Positions 14,122 through 27,530 of a stretch of 64,000 nt of DNA are shown here, piece after piece. The stretch covers positions 33,604,001 to 33,668,000 of the forward strand of contig OX597824.1 of assembly GCA_951406725.2 (NCBI GenBank), in the 5' to 3' direction. Within the stretch, counting starts at the first letter, position 1. The number at the start of each line of letters is the position of its first letter. This DNA comes from Octopus vulgaris (taxonomy: Eukaryota). Made by a program: the position numbers and the translations under genes. The notes under the pieces are model-generated. The model made no database searches and had not been told where the DNA came from. It worked only from the letters and a program-made list of their open reading frames with translations.

Positions 14122-14929
14122 TGTATGTATGTATATAGCCTACACAGTTTGACATCTCGTTGAGGAAGTTATTGACAATAACCATAAAATATAAGCCTTC
14201 ACGTCATAAAATCGTTTTAGTGTCATTTAAAACTGGGCGTCCAATAATTACTTGACGTCAATTGTTTCTATACCAGACGATCGCTTCTATATCAGACGAT
14301 CGCTTCAGTATCAACTGAATCCTTATGGTCGTCTGCCTATGTCATGAATAATTATTATTCGGTTAAGTGGCGTGGAAATGAACTCGCGGAGCATGGAACA
14401 AAATAGTCTACGGTAAATTAGTTATTTCCTGTCAGCTTCTGCAATCAAATCCCATCATGATTATCTTTGTATTCGTAGAACGATATAATATATACAAGAG
14501 GAATTATTGGTAGATCTAATCGACCATATTCCGCCCATTACGTCTGTGTTGTGTGCTCTTGTGAGAAATCATTACTTTTGTTAATACCAACATATATATA
14601 TTCATACATACATACATACATACATACATACATACATACATACATACATACATACATACATACATACATACATGCATGCATACATACATGCATACATACA
14701 TACATACATACATACATACATACATACATACATACATACATACATACATACATACATACATACATACATACATACATACCGTACATCGCGGATGCTTTAT
14801 TTATGAATGCGGTTTGCAGTAAGACATAGTAAAATAAAAGCCTTTTTTTAAGCTTGAAAAACAAATTCAGTAATTATTATTATATTGCAATAGTAAAAAA
14901 AAACTAAATTAATTTAAATTTACCAATAG

Positions 14930-17064
14930 GTACATACAATTTGGTGGTTTACATCGCGGAAGTAGATGGCTGTGGAACGACAACATCAACAGCTGACTCT
15001 GGCTGTTCTTGTTGTTCGATGCGTTTAAAAAACCGGCTGAGTGTTCCTACAACTGTCTTTTTCTCTTAAGGATTGCGTTATAAGGAACAAAAGCTTCGTG
15101 ACAAGCCCCCATAATCTTGGAAAAGCGTTGAGTATTTGGATCCATATCCTCGAATATAGAAATACCTTTTTCGATATATGCAAATGTTTGCTGCATTTTC
15201 TTAATGGTAAAGTGACGTGGCTCAGGTTTGACTTCCTCTTCTTCTTTATTTTGCTACTCGTGAAACTCTATCAAGTCCTCGTTCGTCAGGGACTGCTTGT
15301 GTTTTTCAAATAAATCTGTGAAATCCTCCTCCTCCAAGTCCATTTCCAGTTCTTTGCTAGTAGTCACCAACGTTTTGTTGATGGCAACATTATCAAACCC
15401 CTTAAAATCATTCATTAATTGCAGGCATAGCTTCTTCCAAACACCATTCATAACCATGCTCTGTACATCATTCCATGCCATTGCTATTTTCTATACAGCC
15501 TTGTAGATATCGTATCTCTTCCAAAAGTCACGAAGCGTAATGAACTCATCAAGATCAGTTGCAGTGATTGCTTGCCGAAGCGTACGCTTCATATAGTAAC
15601 GCTTGAAGATAGAAATTATTCCGTGATCCATTGGATGCTGAAGAGATGTGGTGTTCGAGGGGAGGTATACGACGGTAATGTTGGGGTCAAAATCTATGAT
15701 GTTTTGCGGGCGACCAGGAGCATTACTTAAGATAAGTAAAACCTTAAAAGGAATCCTCTTCTCCTTACAGTACTTCTCTGCTGCTGGAATAAAATGATTG
15801 AAGAACCAATCTTCAAAAGTAACAACAGTAATCCATGCTTTTGAATTAGCCATCCATATAACAGGGAGAGATGCCTTGGGTATGTTCTTCAGGGCACGGG
15901 AGTTATGTGCATGATACACAAACAATGGCTTTAACTTAAAATCTCCTGCACAATAACCTCACAACATGGCCACACGTTCTTTTGAAACCTTGTAACCTGA
16001 AATAGTTTTCTCCTCCTTGGAAATGAATGAAAAATCTGGGAATTTTTTCCAATACAACCCAGTTTCGTCTACGTTAAAAATCTGTTCGGGAAGAAACACG
16101 TTTTCTTCGATGATTTTCTTTAATGCATTCGGAAATTCTGCTGCTGCTTGTTCCTCAGCTGAAGCACTTTCACCTTGCTTCTTAATGGAGTGATAATTTC
16201 TTCGATCTTTAAATCTCATGAATCATCCTTGACTTTCCTTGAACTCTACATCTTTCTCATCTGAATATTTTTTCTTCAAGTCCTCAAACAAAGACAACGC
16301 TTTCTCTTGAATGATTTCTTGACTAATGATTCAACCTAACAATCCAAAGAGAAAGAAAACTTTCCATTTCTTCAAAGATTTTGCCTCTTTTCTTATTGAT
16401 GACAGTGTTCTTCATCCCTGGGGCTTCAGATTTGATATGTGCTAAAATTTTGTCCTTATTATGTACAATCGTCGTTACAGTTGTCCGACTCATCCCAAAA
16501 GATGAGTCGGACAACGCCTTTTTCATGGCGTTTTATCATAGCCCGTTAATCTTCCAGCGTTATAGCATGACGCTTAGCACTTTTACTATGAATTTTCTTA
16601 GGAGCCACGGGGCAAAACTAGATGAGAATGAGAAAGTACCCGATAAACAGACGTAAACAAATCTGAATTGAAAACAATCGCGGGAATCACGAGTGACAAC
16701 GACGCCTAACGGTAAGTATTGGAACTATAATGCAATATGTGCTCCGAAAGACCGGTGAATAAGACAACACAGCTGATTTCATGATTTCGTTCACTAAGCT
16801 ACACTACTTTATGGTGTGTATCTTAACATTTACTGTACGTATTTTAATATGATTCTATATGATTTTTATTCTTATTTATTGTACAGTAACATGATTTTAT
16901 GTGCTTTTAACGGTTTTCTAACGATTTTACGATTCCAATATTTGTAGCGGACAGACGTAAAGTCGAGTAAAATTACTTGATTTTTATTTTTCCATATATT
17001 ATTTTTGAAAACCGACGTATGATCGAGAACGTCTTAAATCGAAACGACTTAAGCTGAGGTATGC
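14930..17064 (-). mobile_element. Tigger/pogo DNA transposon, decayed
   Basis: Fragmented CENP-B HTH plus DDE transposase: QIFNVDETGLYWK, W.ANSKAWIT, KVLLILSNAPG, YLPSNTTS.QHPMDHGII. The terminus TAGGCATACCTC at about 17053-17064 resembles a Tigger TIR. The other TIR was not located. Confidence 0.85.
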
Positions 17065-17475
17065 CTATATATATACAGAGAGACAGACATACACACACAC
17101 ACACACACACACACGCATACATTCATACATACATGCAGTCATACATACGTTCATACATACATAAATACTCGCGTGCACACAAACACACAAGCGCACGTAC
17201 GCACACACACGCACGCACACACACCTGCACACGTACACATACACACAAACACTCATAGTAGTTCTGGTTCTGGAACTAAAATGCCACTTCCAAGATAAAA
17301 AAATTAAAATTATTGTGCTGAAAAAATACGTTTATCAAATATCTTTTGCGACACTTTGCAGACAGGAATTTTAATCAGAGATCTTTTCAAGGATGTTGAA
17401 ATAATCAGTGAAACTTCTTACAAACAGAAAGGAATAGAGAAACATGAGATTTAGGCTGAATTAGTTTTAAGGAGT

Positions 17476-17813
17476 GAAGGCGCATGGCTCAGTGGTTAGA
17501 GCGTCGAGCTTACGATCGTGAGGTTGTGAGTTCGACACCCGGATCGGGCTGCGTGTTGTGCTCTTGAACAAGACGCTTTATTTCACGTAGCTCCAGTTCA
17601 CTCAGCTGTAGAAATGAGTTGCGACGTCACAGGTGCCAAGCTGTATCGGCCCCTTTGCCTTTCCCTTGGATAACATCAGTGGCATGGAGAGTTGAGGCCG
17701 GTATGCATGAGCGACCGCTGGGTTTCCATAAACAACTTGCCCGGACTTGTGCCTCGGAGGGTAACTTTCTAGGTGCAATCCCGTGGTCAGTCATGACCGA
17801 AGGGAGTCTCAGC
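17476..17813 (+). mobile_element. tRNA-derived SINE, family D (CORE/V-like central domain)
   Basis: A-box TGGCTCAGTGG, B-box GAGTTCGACACC, and a 13-bp TSD AGTTTTAAGGAGT at 17463-17475 and 17814-17826. Confidence 0.85.
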
Positions 17814-20334
17814 AGTTTTAAGGAGTTTGGAGAAAACCCGATTGTGTAACGAGAGAATTCAAAACGAAGTTATTAAATTTTGAATAACACAGTTGTTTAC
17901 AAACGAGAGGGATTTATAAAAAATATATAAATAACTAGTTAAAGGGATGTTCCTGGGATGTAGTACTAATTACTTTAATCAAATTGCCGAAAGTGGTTTT
18001 ACTAATAAAGAGGGTATGTACCTAAGAGGAAGAAATAATCATTGGTTAAAGGATTAGAAATGGGTTTCAAAAGGGTGATATGGCTGTTTTTGAAGGAAGT
18101 TAGACAGATCAAATAGTAATAAGTTTACAGTAATACTAAAGAAAATAATGAAATGAAGTAGGAAGTAAGAGTTTAACGGGAGCAGATGGGATTAAATTGA
18201 GGTAGACATGGAAATATGTTAACTATTTATGCAAGGAAATAATCGAGGAAGTTGAAAAGGAGTTTGGTCATGGTTAGACATAGGTAGGTTAATTCTATTT
18301 TGGTAAGTTGGTTTGTAGCACTTTTATGGTAAGTAACTAACTGAAATATGAAGGTAGAAAATTAAAGGCGCTTCGCTGCAATAAAGTTATTTCTGTTGTG
18401 GTTGGGAAATAAAATATTTAATATAAACATGTGTTGTTCACAAAAAGAGTTGTAAATCAATTATTTCTGTTTTGATTCGGAAATAAAGAACAAGCTATAA
18501 ATATTTTACTGTATCTCGAGAAGGCCATTACGTCAATAATAAACACACTCACTTGTCCTATTTCACTTCTTTAAAGCTTTTATTCGTTAATTTGTTAACC
18601 ACTTAACCAATTAACTAATCGGTTTGATTTAGATTATATAGATCAACTATATCATTAGTAGGCAACTTAGGCCTTAGGAGGTACGTACTAAGATGATTGA
18701 AAGTGCAGTTTGCATAAACCTTAATGCATGCCACTAAGAATATTATGTTTAAATTATGAGAAAGCTTGAAACTAGTTAAAGTGGAAAGGTAATTATGACC
18801 TTCCCGCCTGACCAGCAAGCTAACATAATTTAAAGCTAAAATATTAGGATGAAATAGGCCTCAGTATCCTACAGGTCAATCGCACCGCTCCACGGCGGAG
18901 AAGCGAAATCCGAACGACCAGAGACGTCCACGGAATCGGATAACAAACCTTACTATGAGTATCTATTACTGCAGATCTTTGCAAGGAGGACCGGGATGGC
19001 TCATCTAATGGAGGAGAAAAGGAAGATCAAATGCGACGTGCTAAGGCTTTACGAAACACGTCGAAATAAATAGACAAACGGAAGTGTCGTAAGACTGGGA
19101 AAGCGGAAGTTACGAAAGCAACAGATCGTATAGACTTCGGTGTAAACAAAGAATGGGCTTTGAAAGTCGTTTCCTGCAAATTGTTTTTCACACGCACCTG
19201 AGTGCTAAGCATTTGTCTCTTAGGAACGGCCACCCTGAAGATCATCTAGGTATGTGCTTCCAGAAATACAAATGATGAAGTGGAAGAATTTCACAGAGAG
19301 CTAGGGAAAGTGCCAGCTCATAAATCTAAAGGGGGATAAAACATGTAGTAAAATTTGGATCGGAAGAAAGAGAAATGAAAGAGAGACACCTTTGGTTACC
19401 ATTGCAGAGGCAAAAAGGTGAGAACAGCATATTTTTTTTAAAGGAAAACTATGACCCCTTATGCCGCTTGTCTCACTTTTATAAGCTGTTTTCAAAGATC
19501 ATCAGACTGCTGAAACATTTTGAAGACCAGCAGCTGAGGAAACAAGCAGGTTTCTATAATAACTACAGTACAATTGGTCACACATTCACTCTAACACAGG
19601 ATTAAAATGAGAGAATGAATGCAAGCTGCCTCTGTGCATCGCTTTTGTTGACTACGAAAAGGAATTCGAACGCATCGACATTAATGCGGAGCAAATGCGA
19701 AAGATTCGAGATGTAATATATCAATAAACTGCTCAGAGATGCAAAATCGGATGCATCACTGATATAGCTCCGTAAGAGTTTCAGTTGGTAAAGGCATCAA
19801 ACAGGGAGCTACTATTCTTCCAAAGCTCTTCACTGTATGTCTAGAAATGGTCATCAAATACATTGACAGGAAAGACAGTGTGCTCGTCAACGACGATCCA
19901 CTATCACCACTCAGCTTTGCTGATGACATTGTACACATCTCTGAAACCATAGATCAGCTACAGACCATACTGACAAAGCTGGACACCCATAGCTCAGCAG
20001 CATGACTTAAATGAAGCAAAATACATGTGGTCTGAAGACGTTGCACAAGGCCGAATAAAGGTAAGAAGCGATGGAATCGAGGAGGTAAAGAAGTACCTCT
20101 ACTTGGGACGTACAGCGAAATACGCGCCGAGATATGGGTGTTGAAATCTCGCGGTGAATAAAAGCAAAATGGAAAGAGATGTGCTCAAAACGAATTCGGA
20201 CAAGACCCCACGTACCAGTTTCTCCCTGTGATTTTATATGCAAGTGAAACGTGGGCTGCCACTTAGAGGGGAAAACATCGATTTTCTACCACGCAATGGG
20301 CCATGGAAAGATCCATGCTAGGAATATAATTTAT

Positions 20335-20654
20335 TTATTTATTTATTTATGCGCCCTTTTCGAGCCTAACCAGGCTCATGGGCCCGGTTTCCCGGTTTTT
20401 ATGGTGTATGTGTTCCCCCCAGATGGACGGGACGCCAGTCCATCGCAGCGTTACTCAAAAACCATGAAGAAAGAGTGAGAGGAAGTTGGGGCGAAAGAGT
20501 ACAACAGGGGTCACCACCATCCCCAGCCGGAGCCTCGTGGAGCTTTTAGGTGTTTTCACTCAATAAACACACACAACACCCGGTCTAGGAATCGAAACCG
20601 CGATCCTCCGACCGCGAGTCCGCTGCCCTAACCACTGGGCCATTGTACCTCCAC
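20335..20654 (-). mobile_element. SINE family C inserted in the RTE LINE
   Basis: Head GTGGAGGTACAATGGCCCAGTGGTTAGGG..GGTTTCGATTCC, with a short AGGAATA duplication at the flanks. Confidence 0.8.
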
Positions 20655-20816
20655 AGGAATAACATATTCGAAATGAGAAAATTAGAGAACAGAGTGGAGT
20701 GAATGACATGATTGCAGAATACCGAAAATAGAAGTACAGATGCCGAGCGGTATGGGCTCGGAAAAAGGCTACTTGGAATGCCTCCACAACGATAGGAAGA
20801 GAATTTAGTTAAACAA

Positions 20817-22925
20817 CTAGCACCATAGCCCGGCGTTGCCCGGGTATGTAAGAAACTTTGTCGATAAGCAATGTCCTTTACCTTTTTACCCTTTTTTGTA
20901 CTCATTGAACCGTTATTTTGTAAAATGAAGCCTAAAAGGCATTAACGCATTCAAGGCACCGTTCCCTTGCATGCATGAAGAAAATCTATGACAGTCAAAG
21001 TGCATTTTCTGGTTTTGTTCGAGCCGTGGCTGTGTTTGCGGCGTCAGCAGCTTGGCGAGCTCTCCTCTGTTGAGGTGTTTCGGCAGATCGGACCATGGCT
21101 GTGTTTGCGGCGTCAGCAGCTTGGCGAGTTCTCCTCTACTGTGGGGTATCGACAGATCGTGTCCTGGCGGTGCTAGCGACGTTAGCCGCATTCCGAATGG
21201 CCTTTTGTTCGGGGTTCTCACGAGCTTTGCGGATGGAAACACAGGAAGAAGCCCGCATGTTTTGGCTGGACTGTTGCTCTTTCGTTAACCTCGAGCAGAG
21301 GGAAGATCTGTACGCTGCGGCCCTTGCAAGTCGGGTAGAACGGTCGCTAGTAGTTTCAGATGCCTGAGCTGCGGCAGAACAGGAAGCTTTTTGCGAGAGG
21401 CGCAAGGCGGTTTCCTCGTGAGTCTCGCGTGCCCTTCTAGCCCTAGCAGCCGATGCCTTGGCCGTCCGAGGGCTGAGGAGGGTTCTTCTCTTCTTGGGTG
21501 GCATTTTGGTGGATAGCAATGTGTTTGGCAAAGGTGTAATAAAAAGGAACACGTGGGGTAAGTATCCCAAAATGTATAAAAATGTACAAAAACGGCAAAA
21601 AAGCGGGCAGCAATGTGAGTGACAACAACGAAAAAGCGAAAAGTGACCAAACTGAACAAACGAATGGAAAAAGATTTTTGGTGCACACGACAAAAGCGGC
21701 TAATAATAAACCAAGAGTTTGCAAGTAGCGTCCGAGGACCCTTAGGGTATGTCAAAAATTTGAGCTAAAACGTTTGGGGTGGTAGTTATAAAGAAAGTTT
21801 AAACAAAAAAAGTATTCGATTAACTTGCGGCTGCAGCAGCGATTAGCAGAAGTAGGCCAACGTGTGAAGCGAGCGCGTGTGAACCGAGAGAAGTGGGAGT
21901 CACAAACTATACGCGCACAACTGAGTGTGTCAGTGCATGTGATTGGCCAAAGGGTGTTTAATTGAGAGCATTGTTCACCGTTTGGGGAGCCAATGGGAAG
22001 AGCTGCAATCATCGTGTCAAGGACACGCGCGCACGTGCGCACACAACCGCAAACGCATCTACAGCCCAACATTGCTCGGATTTGAAGCAAAAGGAAAACA
22101 TATGCCAATTCTTGTAACCTTTATGATAAAAGCGGCAAAAATCTACTAAATCGCCTGAAATCCGACAACTATTTATCAAAAGTCAGTTTTGTAGGGTTCG
22201 CATGGTCGGTCTCAAAGTGATATGATTTTGTCGATTTCTCCCAATACTTGTTAACTGCATTGACAAAAGGTCATTAGTTTGACATTTAAGGCAAACTTTA
22301 TGTCCAACATCGGTGTAGGGAAAATCTATGTGAACTTTCAAAAAATATCGCAGAAAAATCGGTTTGCTATGTGTGCCACATATGATGTATTTAACCGATT
22401 TTTTACTGTAATAACGTATCCTATTGGAATCAAAAGGGTCATATAGCTCCTTGGAGCAGACATGATGCTCGCTGTGAATTTCAAAAAAAATTCCTGCCAA
22501 TTTGTTAAAGATATTGTCGAAAATATGTCATCATGAATGTGAACCCGATTTTCCAAAATGTCATGATTTTATCGATTTTTCCTGATGGTAAGGTATTGCA
22601 TGGAAAACTAACGTCAGAATTAAGTTCCTCGGGGTAACATTAAGCTTCACCATGAGTTTGGTGAAAATCGATGGCAAGTTGCGAAAACTACAACGGAAAA
22701 TGTGTTGCATATGATAAGCTTAGATTCTCGACCCCATGTCGAATTTATCGATTTTTTTCAGAACTGGAGGAACTTTTCAAAATTTTCGCCGCGTTAGTTT
22801 TGAGTTATGACATTGGGCTATGTGTATGTCAAGTTTCATCAGAATCGGTTGAAAGCCGTGGTCAGGGTGAGGGTACAACCTGACAGACACACAGACATAC
22901 AAACTGCCTTTTATATATAGAGAGA
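20817..22925 (-). mobile_element. Internally deleted Helitron (about 2.1 kb)
   Basis: On the minus strand it starts A|TCTCTCTATATATAAAAGGCAG and ends with hairpin CCCGGGCAACGCCGGG followed by CTAG|T. It is inserted at an AT site with no TSD. Confidence 0.85.
21000..21504 (-). pseudogene. Helitron RepHel N-terminal remnant with 23-aa STPR-like repeats
   Basis: MPPKKRR followed by six roughly 23-aa E-T-x-E/Q..R repeats. One in-frame stop lies at 21136-21138. Confidence 0.6.
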
Positions 22926-23050
22926 TTTAGGGTCAAAACGAACTAGAAGGGCGCAATGAAAAAAGAATTGGAAGCGTATCGTAATCATCTGATAATTTTG
23001 TCGATGCAAGTGATATCTATATTTAGAGACGCGCGTGCGAATATTTGTGC

Positions 23051-23099
<49 letters not shown>

Positions 23100-23704
23100 G
23101 GTGAGGGTGCGCTGGTGTGTGCGTGTGATGGTACGTGTGTGTGTGTGTGTGTGTCTACGGGTGAGTGTGCGCTGATGTGTGTGTGAGTCTGCGGGTGAGG
23201 GTGCGCTGGTGTGTGCGTGTGATGGTGCATGTGTGTGTGTGTGTACGGTTGAGTGGGCGCTGGTGTGTGCGTGTGATGGTGTGTATGTGTGTGTGTATGT
23301 ATCTACGAGTGAGTGTGTGCTGGTGTGTGGTGCGTGTGTGTGTGCGTATGTGAATTTGCGGGTGTGTGGTGCGTGTGTGTGCGCGCGTGCGCGTTCATGT
23401 ATGTGTCAGACGTGGATTTTTTGAAAATTATGAGTGATTAAACGTTTACCTATTTACGTATTTATCTATTTATTTTGTGGTTGCTGTTTTTGTCTTTTTG
23501 AATGGGTTGCTTTCAGAGTGTGCGTCAGTGAATTAGTGTGTGTGTGTGTATGTGTATGTGTGCGCGCGCGGGAGCGCCTCCATCTTTCTACGTACGTGTA
23601 AGTACGTGTATAAGACATTTAAGTTCAGTCATTTAACTTATTTTGAGGCATGGTACGGATCAAATAACAATTTAATGACTCTTCATCTTTCATTCTTATT
23701 ATAC

Positions 23705-23810
<106 letters not shown>

Positions 23811-23971
23811 ATATACAAATATATATATATATATATATATATAATAAAAACTTACTTGGAGGATAAGAAGCGACGCGAGGCGTTCAGTCATATAATAACA
23901 ATTTAACAAATAAAACATGCATACACACATACATACATATGTACATACCTACATCTCTATGTATATATACA

Positions 23972-24049
<78 letters not shown>

Positions 24050-24174
24050 TGTATATATATACATGAGTACAGGACACCACAAATAAACGTAGAACACGAG
24101 AAACGAAAACATAAAAACAAACAAGGAAACGGACTTTTTTTAACAACAAAAAAACAGAGTACAAGACAAACAAT

Positions 24175-24244
<70 letters not shown>

Positions 24245-24736
24245 GCTCACACACACACACATCAATATATATATATATGTATATGCGGATGGGGAGGTGG
24301 ATGGACGAATGGATTCGTCTCTCCACTTCCTCTAAATGGCCATATTCTATTTTCCGCTTCTATTTAAAGAAAATACATTCGTCATTTATTTTAGTATCGT
24401 ATTTTGATGACGCCATTTGTTCATAATTGTTGAACGTGACTTCGGTTTCTGTTCGAATCTATTTTGACGCCAACCGTGTTTGTTTCTATTGTTGTTAAGT
24501 TGACATAAAATCAGTTCCAGTTGACGAATAACAAACATCTGATAGACAACAGGCAAAGAACATTGTAGGTATTGAAAGCAAGCATTTGCTGCGTGTTTGA
24601 TATAGTTACAGCGGCTTCCGGTTTGACATGGTAGCTGCGTGGATGACAGGAAAAAATACGTATCACTGTTTCGGCCAATAGAATCCAGGAATTCCTTGGT
24701 TGTATCAATGGTCTCTGGCACTGCTGGGAAAAAGAC

Positions 24737-24954
24737 GGCGAGAGCTGGCAGAAACGTTAGCACGCCGGGCGAAATGCGTAGTCGTATTTCGTCTGCCGTT
24801 ACGTTCTGCCGAGGTCGACTTTGCCTTTCATCCTTTCGGGGTCGATAAATTAAGTACCAGTTACGCACTGGGGTCGATATAATCGACTTAATCCGTTTGT
24901 CTGTCCTTGTTTGTCCCCTCTATGTTTAGCCCCTTGTGGGCAATAAAGAAATTT
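24737..24954 (+). mobile_element. SINE family A flanked by an 88-bp direct duplication
   Basis: 24651-24738 is repeated at 24955-25042. Confidence 0.85.
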
Positions 24955-25144
24955 AAAAAATACGTATTACTGTTTCGGCCAATAGAATCCAGGAATTCCT
25001 TGGTTGTATCAATGGTCGCTGGCACTGCTGGGAAAAAGACGGAGAGTATCGGAAGGGAATTAAATCGTTGTAATTTCCAGTCGACAGCAAATGATGGGCG
25101 TGTCCTGCAATGTAAGCTATATGTAAAGTATATATCTAATATAT

Positions 25145-25515
25145 TGCTGTGTGGTAAAAAAAAGCTTGCTTCTCAACCACATGGTTCCGGATTTAGGCCC
25201 ACTGCATGGCACCTTGAGCAAGTGTCTTCTACTATAGCCTCGGGCCGACCAAAGCCTTGTAAGTGTATTTGGTAGATGGAAACTGAAAAAAGACCGTCGT
25301 ATATGATGATGAGGATGATGATGATGATGATGATGATGACGACGACGATGATGATGATGACGACGACGATGATGATGATGATGATGATGGTGGTGTTGGT
25401 GTTGTTGTTGGTGGTGGTGGTGGTGATGACGACGACGATGATGGTGATGGTGATGATGATGATGATGGTGATGGTGATGATGGTGATGATGGTGATGATG
25501 ATGAGGAGGAGGAGG
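25145..25515 (+). mobile_element. SINE family B 5' half running into a (GAT/GAC/GGT)n microsatellite
   Basis: Family B head and body up to 25300, followed by a trinucleotide array. Confidence 0.75.
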
Positions 25516-26191
25516 ATAGAATGAAATAATAATGTTAATAATGATAATAAAATGATAATAGTAATACTTTATTGGCCACAAGAGCTAGAAAAAACATTTA
25601 TGCATGTGTGCGTGTGTGTGTGTGCGTGTGTGTGTGTGTGTGTGTGTATTTATATGTATTTCTTCCAGCAGGGTGTCCGACGAAAACCACCCTTCTTACC
25701 AAGCAGGTTGGTAGGACTGCTGGTTTAGTTGCCGATGGCCCGACCGCACGACAGACTCTACTGGGTAACATGTTACCCGAAGCACTTATCACAGCCTGAC
25801 AAATAATTAAACTCGTCCTGAAAATTAAAAAGACCTCTTGCATAACTTATCAAAGGGACGGATGAACTCAACAGTGTCAACCGCAATTCAGTAGCTTGGA
25901 ATCAAAGACCATTCTTTTTTCAGACAGGAACAGGAAATCTGTGGTGACACCAAAGACTTCATTTGCATGCAATGATGTGGGCTAGTTTTCCCCTTTTGCG
26001 GTAAATGCATCTATTTGACCCCGAACAAAGCCATTCTACACTTTAGAATGTTTAAGGCACAGGCATTGTTTGAATTTTTTAAACATTATTATGTATTTCA
26101 CCCTGTGGCTGACTAAATCCCCAAATGGCAAAAGACTCAAAGAAAAATTCCATTATAGAATGAAGGCATGTATGTGTGTGTGTGTGTAGGC

Positions 26192-26223
<32 letters not shown>

Positions 26224-26477
26224 CACTCTTCCTCCTTGACTCTCTCGTCGCTGATACGTGACGAAAGGGAATCTATCTTTCTGTCCATTTCCTTCCTAAT
26301 GACAAGACGTGCTTATACTTGTCTCCTCTCATAGCTCCTCGTCCTAGCGTTCATAATAATTTTTCTTTCGTCTTGGCTTAACAACCCTCACCATTTGTTT
26401 TTACTGTCTTGTTCTGACTATCCTATTCTTGTTACCACTTTCACCCTACGCAAAAATCCAAAATTTTATTTAATTTG

Positions 26478-26569
26478 CTTTCCGGGAAGGACTATTTCAA
26501 CAAAGTCGTGTATTGTCCTCACCTTCATAACGCGGAGTAGATGAAATAAGGACAACTGATGAAGGGGAA
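26478..26569 (+). ncRNA. Putative non-circularly permuted hammerhead ribozyme (copy A; GAAA decayed to ATAA)
   Basis: Helices GAAGG/CCTTC, TATTTCA/TGAAATA, TCGTGT/ACGCGG and TTGTCCT/AGGACAA. Core CTGATGA lies at 26556-26562 and the GUA site at 26510-26512. Confidence 0.55.
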
Positions 26570-26790
26570 TATTCTTTATGTTGTATGCTTCGTTTCTCTG
26601 TTTTTTTCGTTGTTCGAAAAAAAGTACGTTTTCTATGTTTTTGTTTTTATGTTTTCGTTTCTCATTGTGTTCAACGTTTTTTTATGTGCTGTACCTATAT
26701 ATGCATGCATACATACATACATATGTAAGTATGTACATATATGTATGTATATATGCATATATTTATATATTGTTTATATTATATTATATA

Positions 26791-27185
26791 CTAGCAGTAT
26801 CGCCCGGCGTTGCTCGGGTTTGTAAGGGAAATAATTATATAAGCATTTTTAGAGATGTAAAGTATAATAGCCATCTCAATATGGCTAACCACAAAGGGGG
26901 AGGGGTGTTACTGTAGCTTTTTACGTTCTGAGATTTAATAATAAATTTTAGAGAGTTACTTCCCTTATATATGTCAAAAATGGATTAAAAATGGGAAAAA
27001 TTGATGGTAAATTTTTTTTTTAATCGTAGACTCATCGTAGACGCGCGCTAATACCCAGACGGTCTCGATATGAATCACGACTATAAGATACCCGGTTTTG
27101 GTTAAACTGCACCGCAAAATGTGGGAGTAGTTAGGAATCTAAATCGTAGGAGACAGACACACAACCTCACTTTTATATATAAAGA
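26791..27185 (-). mobile_element. Non-autonomous Helitron (395 bp)
   Basis: A|TCTTTATATATAAAA ... hairpin CCCGAGCAACGCCGGG ... CTAG|T. A second copy lies at 28989-29383. Confidence 0.85.
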
Positions 27186-27483
27186 TTTCCTCTATTTACA
27201 TAATATTGAGGTCTCTTTCTTTCTTTTGTTATCTTACTGTTTTTACCAATATACATATATATATATATATATATAAATATATATATAGTTACAGAGATGT
27301 ACTTGCATAGCAAGTGACTTGATCTGAGATCGTGTGCTGGAACGAAAACAGTTGCAGCGTTGAAGGTGTTTATAAGCCATTTAAGAAACACACAAAAACC
27401 GTTAGATTCACTTCAACATTTAAATTTAATTTGTCAAAATATTTTCATCGCTTTGAGACCGCGACCTGTTAGCACGATATTTT

Positions 27484-27530
27484 TGTCAGTGAACAGGTCG
27501 CGGTCTCAAAGCGAAGAAAATATTTTGGCA
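27484..27530 (+). ncRNA. Minimal type I hammerhead-like motif with a G3-C8 core (GUGAACA); second copy at 29680-29726
   Basis: In the 29680 copy: TGTCA-GTGAACA-G-GTTGC..GCGAC-GAAA-ATAT-TT-TGGCA. The motif lies within a PLE-like inverted repeat. Confidence 0.5.

Larger units (their letters stand above)
18940..22990 (+). mobile_element. Decayed RTE-clade LINE, interrupted by a SINE and a Helitron
   Basis: APE-like start (IKCDVLRLYET) and RT motifs QLRKQAGF, IAFVDYEKEF, KGIKQGATILPKLF and LSFADDIV. The C-terminal remnant resumes after 22926. Confidence 0.8.

Noticed and set aside
17479-17555. tRNA gene
   Set aside because: It is a tRNA-like head continuous with a SINE body and flanked by a 13-bp TSD, and the acceptor stem is poor.
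17830-18850. Possible coding remnant in an AT-rich stretch
   Set aside because: No recognisable motif in any frame.
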